Part shown: in pieces, positions 44,664-53,583 of the stretch
How positions within the stretch are numbered: the first letter of the stretch is position 1
Layout of the letters: each line of letters starts with the position of its first letter
Origin: Clostridiales bacterium
GTDB taxonomy: Bacteria; Bacillota; Clostridia; Christensenellales; Aristaeellaceae
DNA: 64,000 nt
Assembly (NCBI GenBank): GCA_012520375.1
Contig: JAAYOH010000037.1
Coordinates: forward strand, 52,413 to 116,412
Direction of reading: 5' to 3'
Made by a program: the position numbers and the translations under genes
Notes under the pieces: generated by a model
Told to the model about the DNA's origin: nothing
Seen by the model: the letters and a program-made list of their open reading frames with translations, nothing else
The model's database searches: none

Positions 44664-46765
44664 GCGTCGGGCCTCTCTTTTTCCGCCACCAGCCGGGGGC
44701 CATCCAGGTACAACTTGATCCCGTCCAGAGAGAGCTGCTCGCCGCCGAGCAGCTTTTTCATGTGCTGGATGGTGAGATTGGGGCCGCCATGGCGCTTCAG
44801 GGCGTCCCGCCAGATGGTGAACTTGCAGGACTCCCGCCATCGGGTGCAGCCGAAGGCCTTCTGGTTGGCGGTGACATTGCCCTCGCCGCACAGGGGACAG
44901 GGGACACCCAGGTCGCTGTTTCCGGACTTCCTGGGACCGCCTTTCCCCTTGCGCAGGTCGGGCTCGAATTGTACCGTCCCGTCCGCCTGGATGGCGGCCT
45001 CCACCAGGAAGGCGCTGAAGCGGCGGATGCTGTCCATGAAACGCTCCGAGCGCTGGGCCAGGGCAGCGGGGTCGGATTCCGAGGCCATCTGGGTCAGGGC
45101 GCGCTCCCATCGGCCCGTGGTCTCTGCCGAAGCCAGCTGGGGAGGCGTCACCTGGGTGAGGCGGATGCCCTTCTCCGTGGCCCGGAGGGTTTTGCCGGAG
45201 CGCTTCACGTATTCCACCTTGATGAGTCGCTCGATGATGGCGGCCCGGGTGGCGGGCGTGCCCAGCCCGCTGGCCTTCATGCTCTCCCGAAGCTCTTCGT
45301 CCTCGATGAGGCGGCCTGCGTGCTCCATCAGGCCCAGCAGGGAGGCGTCGGTATGGGGGGAAGGGGGCTTGGTCTTGCAGGCTTTGGAGGAAACCTTCTG
45401 CACGGCGCGGGTATCCCCTTCTTTCAGCTGGGGCAGAGGCTGCTGCTCTTTGTCCTCCGGCTTGGCGGAGGGGTACAGGGCGCGCCAGCCCGGGACCAGG
45501 GGTGTCTGGCCCATGGTCTTGAACAGATGCTGCTCTACCCGGGTGAAGATCTGGGTGGACTGGTATTCATAGTCCGGGTACAGGACGGCTACCAGCCGCC
45601 GGGCCACCATGTCGAACACACGGGCTTCCTGCGCGGTGAGCCGGGAGAGGCTGCCGTACTGGCCCGTGGGCACGATGGCGTGGTGGTCGGACACCTTGGC
45701 GTCGTTGTACACCCGTCCGGTGACCGGCGGCTTTGGCAATAGAGGCGCGGCAAAACCTCCCCAGGGCTCCGGCAGGCTGCCCAGGGTCTTTGCCACTTTC
45801 GGGATCATGTCCCTTGTGAGGTATCGGCTGTCGGTGCGGGGATAGGTGATGAGCTTGTGCTTTTCATACAGGGCCTGGGCGATCTCCAGGGTCCGGGCGG
45901 CGGACAGGCCCATCAGGCGGTTGGCCTCCCGCTGCAGGGCGGTGAGGTCGAAGAGCTGGGGCGGGGGCGTGCGCTTTTTTTCGCTGATCAACTGCTCCAC
46001 GGCGCCGGTCTTTCCCTTCACCTGGCGCACCACTTCCCTGGCTTTGTCCTGGTCCGGGCAGCGGGTCTCTTTGGTCTCCGGGTGCACCCACAGGCCCTCG
46101 TAGTCCCCGAAGTCCGCCCGGATCTCGTAGTAGGTCTGAGGCACGAAATCCCGGATCTCCAGGTCCCGCTGCACGATCAGGTGCAGGGTGGGGGTCTGGA
46201 CCCGCCCCATGCTTAAAAGGGCGTCGTATTTCAGGGAAAAGGCGCGGCTGGCGTTCATGCCTACCAGCCAGTCCGCTTCGGCGCGGCAGCGGGCCGAGGT
46301 ATACAGGGCGTCGTAGGCCTCCGAAGGTTTCAAACCGGCGAAACCTTCCCGGATGGCGGCGTCGGTCATGGAGGAGATCCACAGCCGGTCTACCGGCTTG
46401 CGGCAGCCCGCCTGCAGGTAGATGAAACGGAAGATCAGCTCCCCTTCCCGCCCGCTGTCGGTGGCGCAGATGATCCGGTCCACCTCCGGGTCCAGCATCA
46501 GCTTTTTCACCGCGCCGTACTGCTTGCGGGTCTTGGGCAGTACCTTGGTGGGCAGGGTTTCGGGCAGGATGGGCAGGGTGGCAAAGTCCCATTTTTTGTA
46601 GCGGGGGTCCACTTCCGCAGGGTCGCACAGGCCCACCAGATGGCCCAGGGCCCAGGTCACATGGTAATCCTTGCCGGAGAGGAAGCCATCCCCTTTGACG
46701 CTGCAGCCTAGGACCCGGGCAATGTCCCGGGCGACCGAAGGTTTTTCCGCGACGACCAGGATCAT
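44660..46765 (-). CDS. topB: DNA topoisomerase III
   Basis: Start ATG 46765 (MILVVAEKPSVARDIA...), overlapping the upstream gene stop (ATGA). TOPRIM and type IA core domains, with a C-terminal zinc-ribbon CPLCG...C..W..C. Confidence 0.9.
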   Translation of the reverse strand: MILVVAEKPSVARDIARVLGCSVKGDGFLSGKDYHVTWALGHLVGLCDPAEVDPRYKKWDFATLPILPETLPTKVLPKTRKQYGAVKKLMLDPEVDRIICATDSGREGELIFRFIYLQAGCRKPVDRLWISSMTDAAIREGFAGLKPSEAYDALYTSARCRAEADWLVGMNASRAFSLKYDALLSMGRVQTPTLHLIVQRDLEIRDFVPQTYYEIRADFGDYEGLWVHPETKETRCPDQDKAREVVRQVKGKTGAVEQLISEKKRTPPPQLFDLTALQREANRLMGLSAARTLEIAQALYEKHKLITYPRTDSRYLTRDMIPKVAKTLGSLPEPWGGFAAPLLPKPPVTGRVYNDAKVSDHHAIVPTGQYGSLSRLTAQEARVFDMVARRLVAVLYPDYEYQSTQIFTRVEQHLFKTMGQTPLVPGWRALYPSAKPEDKEQQPLPQLKEGDTRAVQKVSSKACKTKPPSPHTDASLLGLMEHAGRLIEDEELRESMKASGLGTPATRAAIIERLIKVEYVKRSGKTLRATEKGIRLTQVTPPQLASAETTGRWERALTQMASESDPAALAQRSERFMDSIRRFSAFLVEAAIQADGTVQFEPDLRKGKGGPRKSGNSDLGVPCPLCGEGNVTANQKAFGCTRWRESCKFTIWRDALKRHGGPNLTIQHMKKLLGGEQLSLDGIKLYLDGPRLVAEKERPDA

Positions 46766-47280
46766 GCGGGTCTCACGGCGGCGTTCAACGCCCTGCCCAG
46801 CACGTAGTATTCCACCCACAGGCTGCGCTCCGTACCGGTGTGGGCCCGGGTGAGCAGGGTGGCGCTGACGATGGTCTTTCCAAAGGGGGGAATGGTCTGG
46901 GGATCGCCCTGCACCAGCACCACGTCTCCGGAAACAGGGGCCAGGGTCAATATGGCCCACTCCGCCGGGAGGGGGTTGACTCCCTGCAGCTGGACCGTAT
47001 AGGTGACAAAACTGTAGTTTTCTGCGGAAACGTCATCCGGCACACTGAACTGGTTGGAGGCGAAATCCCCGTTGTTCAGCGCTTCCATGACGCTTTCGAA
47101 CAGCTCCGGGCGCAGGGCGGCGTTCTCTTCCTCTATGGAAACAAGGGTAGCCCCGAGCTGGGCGCTGATGTACACATAGGCGAAGGCCGCCACGGCCAGG
47201 ATGGTGATGAATACGATGATCTTGCCGGATCTTCCCACGGGAAAGCCCCCCTTAAACAAATGGCGTACTCCATCCATCAT
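46762..47280 (-). CDS. hypothetical membrane-anchored protein
   Basis: One N-terminal TM helix (IIVFITILAVAAFAYVYI). Translationally coupled to topB. No recognisable family. Confidence 0.45.
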   Translation of the reverse strand: MMDGVRHLFKGGFPVGRSGKIIVFITILAVAAFAYVYISAQLGATLVSIEEENAALRPELFESVMEALNNGDFASNQFSVPDDVSAENYSFVTYTVQLQGVNPLPAEWAILTLAPVSGDVVLVQGDPQTIPPFGKTIVSATLLTRAHTGTERSLWVEYYVLGRALNAAVRPA

Positions 47281-47362
47281 AGCACCCCCGGCCGCCCCTG
47301 TCCAGCAAAAACGGGAAAAACCTCCGGGCCCGGACACATTTCTTGGCCGGGCCCGGAGGTGT

Positions 47363-48775
47363 TCAGGCTTTTTTTGCCAGTTCCTGTTCCAGCAGGGCCC
47401 GGATCCGGGCGGGGCTTCCGTTGCCCTTCAGGCTGCGCATACAGATGCCGAACAGGGCTTCCAGGGCCTTGGTTTTGCCGGACAGGTAGCTTTGTACCGC
47501 CGAAGGATCCTCCGCGATGGCCGCCTGGACCGCCGCCAGGATGGCCGATTCGTCGGACTGGGCAAAGAGGGCGTGGGCCTTGCAGTAGCTCTCGGGGTCT
47601 ATGTCCCCTTCAAAGAGCCGGGCCAGCACGGTCCTTCCGGAGGCCCGGGTCAGGTCCCCCGATTCCACCGCCTTGATGATCCAGGCCAGTTTTTCCGGGT
47701 CGATGTCCGGGAGGGATCCCGTTTTGCGGGCGTGGCCCAGGCATTCGGTGAGGAGCCAGCCAGCCGTTGCCTTGGGGGAGGCGCCCCGGGCGATCACCCC
47801 GTCGAAGAGGGCGGACAGGGCCCGGTCGGAAGCCAGGACGGAGGCGGAATCGGGGGCGATGCCCAGGTCCACATAGTGGGCGCTCTTCCCGTCGACGGAA
47901 TCCTGCATCCCCGCCCGGATCCGATCGATCCAGGCCTCGTCGATGAGGATGGGCATCAGGTTGGGGTCGGGGAAGTAGCGGTAGTCCGCGGCGGTCTCCT
48001 TGCTGCGCATGGGGAAGGAGCGGCGCTTGATGGGGTCCCAGCGCCGGGTCTCCTGGATCAGCATCTCGGTGTGCCGCAGGATGGCGTCCATGTGGCGCAC
48101 CTTCTCGAACTCGATGACGTCCCGGATCTCGGTGAAGGAGCTCATGTTCTTGATTTCCGAGCGCACGCCGAAACCTTCGGAGCCCTCGGGGCGCACGGAG
48201 ATGTTCACGTCGCAGCGCATGGCGCCCTCCTCGCACTCGGACACCCCGGCAAAGCGCAGGTTGTCTTTCACCCATTCCAGGTATTCGACGACCTGGGCGG
48301 AGGAACGGAAGTCGGGTCGGCTTACGATCTCGATCAGGGGGACGCCGGCGCGGTTGTAGTCCACCAGGGTGCTGCCCGTGGCTTCGTCGTGGATCAGCTT
48401 GCCCGCGTCTTCCTCCAGATGGATCTGTTTGATGCCGATGGTCCGGTCTTTGATCTCCACCTGGCCGTCCACGCAGATGGGGTTGAACCATTGGGTGATC
48501 TGGTAAGCGCCGGGCAGGTCGGGGTAAAAGTAACTCTTCCGGTCGAAGGTGGTGTACCGGTTGATCTTGCAATTCAGGATCAGCCCGGCTTTTATGGCAA
48601 GCTCGATGGCCTCCCGATTGGCCACGGGCAGCATGCCGGGCATGCCGCTGCAGGCGGGGCATACGCAGTCGTTGGGGGCCTGGGGGCTGGCATGGCCGCC
48701 GCAGGAACAGAACAGCTTGGACCGGGTGGACAGCTCCACATGGGTTTCAAGGCCGATGACCACTTCGTATTTCAC
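47363..48775 (-). CDS. gatB: Asp-tRNA(Asn)/Glu-tRNA(Gln) amidotransferase subunit B
   Basis: 470 aa. MKYEVVIGLETHVELST.SKLFC.C is the typical GatB N-terminus, and a YqeY-like tail is present. Confidence 0.95.
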   Translation of the reverse strand: MKYEVVIGLETHVELSTRSKLFCSCGGHASPQAPNDCVCPACSGMPGMLPVANREAIELAIKAGLILNCKINRYTTFDRKSYFYPDLPGAYQITQWFNPICVDGQVEIKDRTIGIKQIHLEEDAGKLIHDEATGSTLVDYNRAGVPLIEIVSRPDFRSSAQVVEYLEWVKDNLRFAGVSECEEGAMRCDVNISVRPEGSEGFGVRSEIKNMSSFTEIRDVIEFEKVRHMDAILRHTEMLIQETRRWDPIKRRSFPMRSKETAADYRYFPDPNLMPILIDEAWIDRIRAGMQDSVDGKSAHYVDLGIAPDSASVLASDRALSALFDGVIARGASPKATAGWLLTECLGHARKTGSLPDIDPEKLAWIIKAVESGDLTRASGRTVLARLFEGDIDPESYCKAHALFAQSDESAILAAVQAAIAEDPSAVQSYLSGKTKALEALFGICMRSLKGNGSPARIRALLEQELAKKA

Positions 48776-48778
48776 GGC

Positions 48779-49978
48779 TTATTCCTCCCCTTTCTCCAGG
48801 GTCCGGGCGATCTTCAGCAGGGTCTCCTCCCCGTGATGGGCCGCCATGAACTGTACGCCCCCGGTGACCATGGCGGGGATGCCGGTCAGGGAGGCGGGGG
48901 CGGTGAAACGGCTTTCCCCGAAGGCCCTGGCAAAGCTCTCCGTCGGGGCGCAGGGAGCGGGGGCGAAGGTGCTGATGGCGGGGCACAGCAGGGCGTCGTA
49001 CCGGGCGAAGAGCCGGGCGAGTTCTTCGGCGATCACCCGGCGCACCCTGAGGGCGCGGTCGTAGCAGGCCTCGTATTTTTGCTTGGACAACACTTCGGAG
49101 CCGTACAGGATGACCGCTTTGGCGTTGAAGCCCAGGCCCTCACTGCGGCTCTTATCGTACAGGTCTTCGATGTCCCTGTATTCCCGGGCCCGGCGCCCGT
49201 ACTTGACCCCGTCGAAGCGGCCCAGGTTGCTGCAGCTCTCGGCGCACATCAGGATCTGCCAGGCGGTCTGGGCCTGGCCCGTCCAGTCCGCTTCGATGGT
49301 TTCCAGGGCGGCGCCCAGGTTTTCCAGGGCGGCTGAGATTTCTTCTATCCGGGCTTGGACCGCGTCCTCCGCGCCCTCCAGCAGGGGCGCGATCCGGGCG
49401 ACCTTAAGCCCTTGAACGCCGCCTTCGGGATCATAGCTGTAACGTACTTGGGGGAGGCTGGTGCCGTCCTTTTCGTCGTGGCCCGCGATGAGGGAGAGGA
49501 TGCGGGCGGCTTCCCGGGCGTCCCGGGCGGTGACCGTCACCGTTTCCCCGGAGGAGGCCGTAGAGATGACGCCCCGGCGGGACACCGCGCCGTAGGTGGG
49601 CTTGATGAGATCCACCCCCGCCACCGCGGCGGCCCGGCGGGGCGTACCATTCGCGTCCACGTTCAGGGCGGCTTTCACCGAGCCTTCTGCCACCAGCTGG
49701 GCGGAGGCGCTCGCCAGGTGTCCGTCTTGGAGCAGCGGCCCGAAAAAGGAACTTTCGCCCAGGAGATCCAGGCCGAATTCCCCCACATGGCACTTGCCCG
49801 AGACCTTTTCCCCCGCCTGCTCCAGCCGGGTCACGGCTTCGGCGCTGAAGAGGGGCAGGAAACCTTCCAGTATGCGGGAACCCGCAGTCGCGGGAGAACC
49901 CTGGACCTGGATGGTGTCATCCACCGCGATGGTGCCCTGAGGATCCATTTTGTTGATATAATATCCCATCATTTCCAC
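48779..49978 (-). CDS. GatA-like amidase-signature protein, shortened and with substituted catalytic residues
   Basis: 399 aa versus about 485 for typical GatA. Collinear with GatA by eye (KPTYGAVSRRG, LGRFDG.KYG). The VKDN Lys position reads VDD, GGSSGGS reads GHLASAS, and DTGGSIR reads DANGTPR. Confidence 0.75.
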   Translation of the reverse strand: MEMMGYYINKMDPQGTIAVDDTIQVQGSPATAGSRILEGFLPLFSAEAVTRLEQAGEKVSGKCHVGEFGLDLLGESSFFGPLLQDGHLASASAQLVAEGSVKAALNVDANGTPRRAAAVAGVDLIKPTYGAVSRRGVISTASSGETVTVTARDAREAARILSLIAGHDEKDGTSLPQVRYSYDPEGGVQGLKVARIAPLLEGAEDAVQARIEEISAALENLGAALETIEADWTGQAQTAWQILMCAESCSNLGRFDGVKYGRRAREYRDIEDLYDKSRSEGLGFNAKAVILYGSEVLSKQKYEACYDRALRVRRVIAEELARLFARYDALLCPAISTFAPAPCAPTESFARAFGESRFTAPASLTGIPAMVTGGVQFMAAHHGEETLLKIARTLEKGEE

Positions 49979-49979
49979 C

Positions 49980-52058
49980 TCACTTCACAACTCGGGGGAC
50001 CTGCCAGCTGTCCCCGGTGCGCTGGGGCGCGCCTTGAAGCAGCGCCTCCCGGGCAAAGGGCTGGCTCCGCTGATCCGCCCGCAGGATATTGGTCATGGGG
50101 AGCACGTGGATCATGGGCTCTATACCCCCCGTATCCACCCTGCTGAAGGCTTCTTCCCGCAGGGACATGGCCTCGAAGATCCGGTCCATGGCGGCGCGCT
50201 CCTCTTCGGTGAGGGTCAGGGCGTTGACCTCTTCCAGGCTGTCGAATTTGGCGGCTGCCTCTCGGGCGGCGGGCCGGGCTGCGCCGCCGCTGCCGGAACC
50301 GTATATGTCTCCCCCCTGGCCCCGGACGCTGATGTTGGCCTCGTACAGCTGCAATTCGGTGACCTCGCTGGGGGCGCCCAGCATCTGGTCCTGGGCGGTG
50401 CCGTCCAGGGGGAAGGCGATGACGTCCCGGATGGTCTCAGTGTCCGCCAGCAGCATCACGATGCGGTCTATCCCCGGCGCCATCCCGGCATGGGGGGGCG
50501 CCCCGAACTGGAAGGCGTTGTACAGGGCGCTGAAGCGGCGCTCCACCTCGTCTTCGCTGTACCCCGCGATCTCGAAGGCCTTTTTCATCACCTCGGGGCT
50601 GTGGTTGCGCACTGCGCCGGAGGCCAGCTCGATGCCGTTGCACACCAGGTCGTACTGGTAGGCGAAGATCTCGGTGGGGTCTTTGGTCAAAAGCGCCTCC
50701 ATCCCGCCCTGGGGCATGGAGAAAGGGTTGTGGGTGAACACGATCCGGTCGGTGCTTTCGTCCAATTCGTACATGGGGAAATCCACGATGAAGCAGAAGG
50801 CGAAGGCGTCCTTGTCGATGAGATCCAGCTCCTGGCCCAGCCAGGTGCGGATGATCCCGGCGTTGCGGTCCGCCACCCCGGGCAGGGGATCGCAGATGAA
50901 GAAGATGCTCTCTCCCTCCCGGATCCCGGTGCAGCGCACCATCTCCTCTTTCTGGGCCTGGGTCATGACTTTGGTGATGGGCTCCTCTTTAAAGACGCAG
51001 CCCTCGGCCTTCAGCAGGGTGACGTGGGCCAGGCCGGGCATGTTCACCTTTTGGGTGGCGAACGCCAGGGACTTGTCGAAAAACCAGCGCTCGCTCTTGC
51101 AGGGCGCCACGATGGCCCGCACCGGTTTGCCCGCGAAGGGGCGGAAGGGGATGCGCCGGAAGAGGTCGCTGACGTCGCAGATGACAAGGGGGTTGCGCAG
51201 GTCGGGCTTGTCCGTGCCGTAGCGGGCCATGGACTCGGCAAAGGGGATGCGCCGGTAGGGGGCCGGGGTCACGGGCTTGTCCGTGAAGCGGGCGAAGGTG
51301 CCGCCCACCACCTCTTCGCATACGGCGAGCACCTCTTCCTGGGTGGAAAAGGCCATCTCAAAGTCCAGCTGGTAAAACTCGCCGGGGGAGCGGTCCGCCC
51401 GGGCGTCCTCGTCCCGGAAACAGGGGGCGATCTGGAAATACCGGTCGAAACCCGACACCATGAGCAGCTGCTTGAACTGCTGGGGCGCCTGGGGCAGGGC
51501 GTAGAATTTGCCGGGATGTTTGCGGCTGGGCACCAGGAAATCCCGGGCGCCCTCCGGAGAGGAGGCGGTGAGGATGGGGGTCTGGATCTCCAGAAAACCC
51601 CGCTCCTCCATCAGGCGGCGCATGTGCCCGATGACCTTGGAGCGCAGCACGATGTTTTCGTGGAGGGCGGGATTGCGCAGGTCCAGAAAGCGGTGCTTCA
51701 GGCGGATGCCCTCGTTGGCGCCCCCGGACGCGATCTCAAAGGGGAGGTTCCGGGTGCAGGGGCCCAGCACCGTGAGGGCGTCGGCCTTCAGCTCTACCTT
51801 GCCGGTGCGGATTTTGGGGTTCACCGTGCTCTCATCCCGACGGGTCACTTCCCCCGACACCGATATCACGCTTTCCCTGCCCACGCCCTTCAGCAGGTCT
51901 TCGTCGTGGACCACCACCTGGGTCACGCCGGTCTCGTCCCGAAGGTCTGCAAACAGCACCCCTCCGTGGTCCCGGATCACGTCCACCCAGCCGGCCAGCA
52001 TCAGGTCCTGCCCGATGTGCTGCTCGCCGATCTCACCGCAACGATGCGTTCTGTACAT
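49980..52058 (-). CDS. aspS: aspartate-tRNA ligase fused to a C-terminal GatC domain
   Basis: 692 aa. It has a complete class IIb AspRS (OB fold, motifs 1-3, GAPSEV... end). A G/S/A linker follows, then about 88 aa with the GatC pattern (VDTGGIEPMIHVL...N.LR.D...APQ...W.VPRV). Confidence 0.9.
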   Translation of the reverse strand: MYRTHRCGEIGEQHIGQDLMLAGWVDVIRDHGGVLFADLRDETGVTQVVVHDEDLLKGVGRESVISVSGEVTRRDESTVNPKIRTGKVELKADALTVLGPCTRNLPFEIASGGANEGIRLKHRFLDLRNPALHENIVLRSKVIGHMRRLMEERGFLEIQTPILTASSPEGARDFLVPSRKHPGKFYALPQAPQQFKQLLMVSGFDRYFQIAPCFRDEDARADRSPGEFYQLDFEMAFSTQEEVLAVCEEVVGGTFARFTDKPVTPAPYRRIPFAESMARYGTDKPDLRNPLVICDVSDLFRRIPFRPFAGKPVRAIVAPCKSERWFFDKSLAFATQKVNMPGLAHVTLLKAEGCVFKEEPITKVMTQAQKEEMVRCTGIREGESIFFICDPLPGVADRNAGIIRTWLGQELDLIDKDAFAFCFIVDFPMYELDESTDRIVFTHNPFSMPQGGMEALLTKDPTEIFAYQYDLVCNGIELASGAVRNHSPEVMKKAFEIAGYSEDEVERRFSALYNAFQFGAPPHAGMAPGIDRIVMLLADTETIRDVIAFPLDGTAQDQMLGAPSEVTELQLYEANISVRGQGGDIYGSGSGGAARPAAREAAAKFDSLEEVNALTLTEEERAAMDRIFEAMSLREEAFSRVDTGGIEPMIHVLPMTNILRADQRSQPFAREALLQGAPQRTGDSWQVPRVVK

Positions 52059-52099
52059 CCCTGTCGCCTCCGCATACAGAATATTCTGCCCCTAAGGAC

Positions 52100-52329
52100 C
52101 GATACAAAAAGTCCCGAGGAAATTTCCTCGGGACGAGTGCAAGACCCGCGGTGCCACCCGACTTGATGTGATGCCTCACATCCGCTCATTATTCTGCTAC
52201 CCATCGGACAAAGCGTTCCCGGGCTTACTACTCGCCTGAATGTGCTTCCAGTCGCGGCACATACTCCCTGGCAGGCTTTCCACGAAAGTCGAGTCTTCGT
52301 CCGCCGCAACGGGCATGAGCCCGTCTGTC
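52100..52329 (-). promoter_or_regulatory. T-box riboswitch leader of the aspS-gatC/gatA-like/gatB operon
   Basis: On the minus strand the T-box sequence AAGTCGGGTGGCACCGCGGG lies at 52141-52164. The terminator GTCCCGAGGAAATTTCCTCGGGAC plus TTTTT lies at 52104-52134. Stem I carries an AGGGAG bulge and an AGTA element. The candidate specifier AAC is at 52215-52217. Confidence 0.8.
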
Positions 52330-52335
52330 CATGTT

Positions 52336-52363
52336 ATTATACACAGATAATCCCGTTTGTCAA
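52336..52363 (-). promoter_or_regulatory. candidate promoter of the T-box leader
   Basis: On the minus strand: TTGACA (52358-52363), 16-nt spacer, TATAAT (52336-52341). Confidence 0.4.
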
Positions 52364-52454
52364 ACGAATTTTCTGTTCGCTTATGAAAAGTCCGGGTGCA
52401 ACAAGGGCCCGGGCGCCTGCGTCAAAACATAAAGTATGCCGCGAGGTGAAGGAT

Positions 52455-53477
52455 ATGACGTCCAAAGAGCGCTGCCTGGCCGTGCTGCACCGGGAGAAGC
52501 CGGACCGGGTCCCCTATTTCCCCCTGACGATGTTCTTTGCGGCGGACCGCGCCGGGCTGAATTTCCGGGAATACGCCACCTGCCCCGCCGCCCTGGCGGA
52601 GGCGCAGCTGCTGCAGTATGAGCGCTACCGGGTGGACGCGGTGACCGTGTGCTCCGACGCCTTCCGGATCAGCGCCGACCTGGGGGCACAGATGGTGTTC
52701 CCCGAGAACCAGACCCCCTTTGCCGCCCGGCCCCTGATCGGGGACCCGGCAGATCTTGGGCGGCTGAAAGCCCCGGACCCCATGCGGCCGGGCTCCCGGA
52801 TGCGGCAGCGCATCGAGAGCGTGGAGATCCTGGCCCGGAGCGTGGGCAAGGAAGCCCTGGTGTGCGGCTGGGTGGAAATGCCCTTCGCCGAGGTGTGCGA
52901 CTGGTTTGGGGTGCAGGAACTGATGTTCCTGATGATGGACGAGCCCGGGTTGGTGCATCAGGCCCTGGAGATGATCGTGGAAATGGAGATCGAATTTGCC
53001 CGCTGCCAGCTGGAAGCGGGGGCGGACATTATCGGCTGTGGGGATTCCGCGGCCTCCCTGATCTCGGCGGCCCACTTCCGGGAATTCGCCCTGCCCTACG
53101 AACAGCGGGTCACGGAGGGGATCCGGGCCGCAGGGGGGCTGTCCAAGCTGCACATCTGCGGCAACACCACCCACAGCTTGCCCTTGTTGGCCCAGTGCGG
53201 CGCCGACATGGTGAACATCGACGCCCAGGTGGACTTCGACCTGGCCGTCAGGGTGTTCGGGGATGCGGGTATGTCTTTCAAGGGCAATGCGGACCCGGTG
53301 CGGGACCTGATGAACGCGACCCCCCACCAGGCCCGGGCCAAGGGGGAGGAACTGGTGCGAAAGGCCAGGGGGCTGCCCTTCATGCTGAGCGCGGGCTGCG
53401 AGATCCCGGCGGCGACCAAGGACGAGACGATGATGGCGTTTTCCCTGGCAGCCATAACCTCGGGCGGCGCTTCGTAG
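52455..53477 (+). CDS. uroporphyrinogen decarboxylase (URO-D) family protein, MtaA/CmuA-like methyltransferase type
   Basis: Start ATG 52455 (MTSKERCLAVLHREKPDRVPYFP...). The URO-D fold pattern runs throughout. Confidence 0.7.
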   Translation: MTSKERCLAVLHREKPDRVPYFPLTMFFAADRAGLNFREYATCPAALAEAQLLQYERYRVDAVTVCSDAFRISADLGAQMVFPENQTPFAARPLIGDPADLGRLKAPDPMRPGSRMRQRIESVEILARSVGKEALVCGWVEMPFAEVCDWFGVQELMFLMMDEPGLVHQALEMIVEMEIEFARCQLEAGADIIGCGDSAASLISAAHFREFALPYEQRVTEGIRAAGGLSKLHICGNTTHSLPLLAQCGADMVNIDAQVDFDLAVRVFGDAGMSFKGNADPVRDLMNATPHQARAKGEELVRKARGLPFMLSAGCEIPAATKDETMMAFSLAAITSGGAS

Positions 53478-53583
53478 AGGGCGCTCGATGGGGATGCGCG
53501 GCAGGGGAGAGGGTGCGTGAAAGCGGGCGGCCTGCCTTTGCCGGGTTGGCTGATGGAGGACGGCAGACGGGCCGGGGCCCCGG

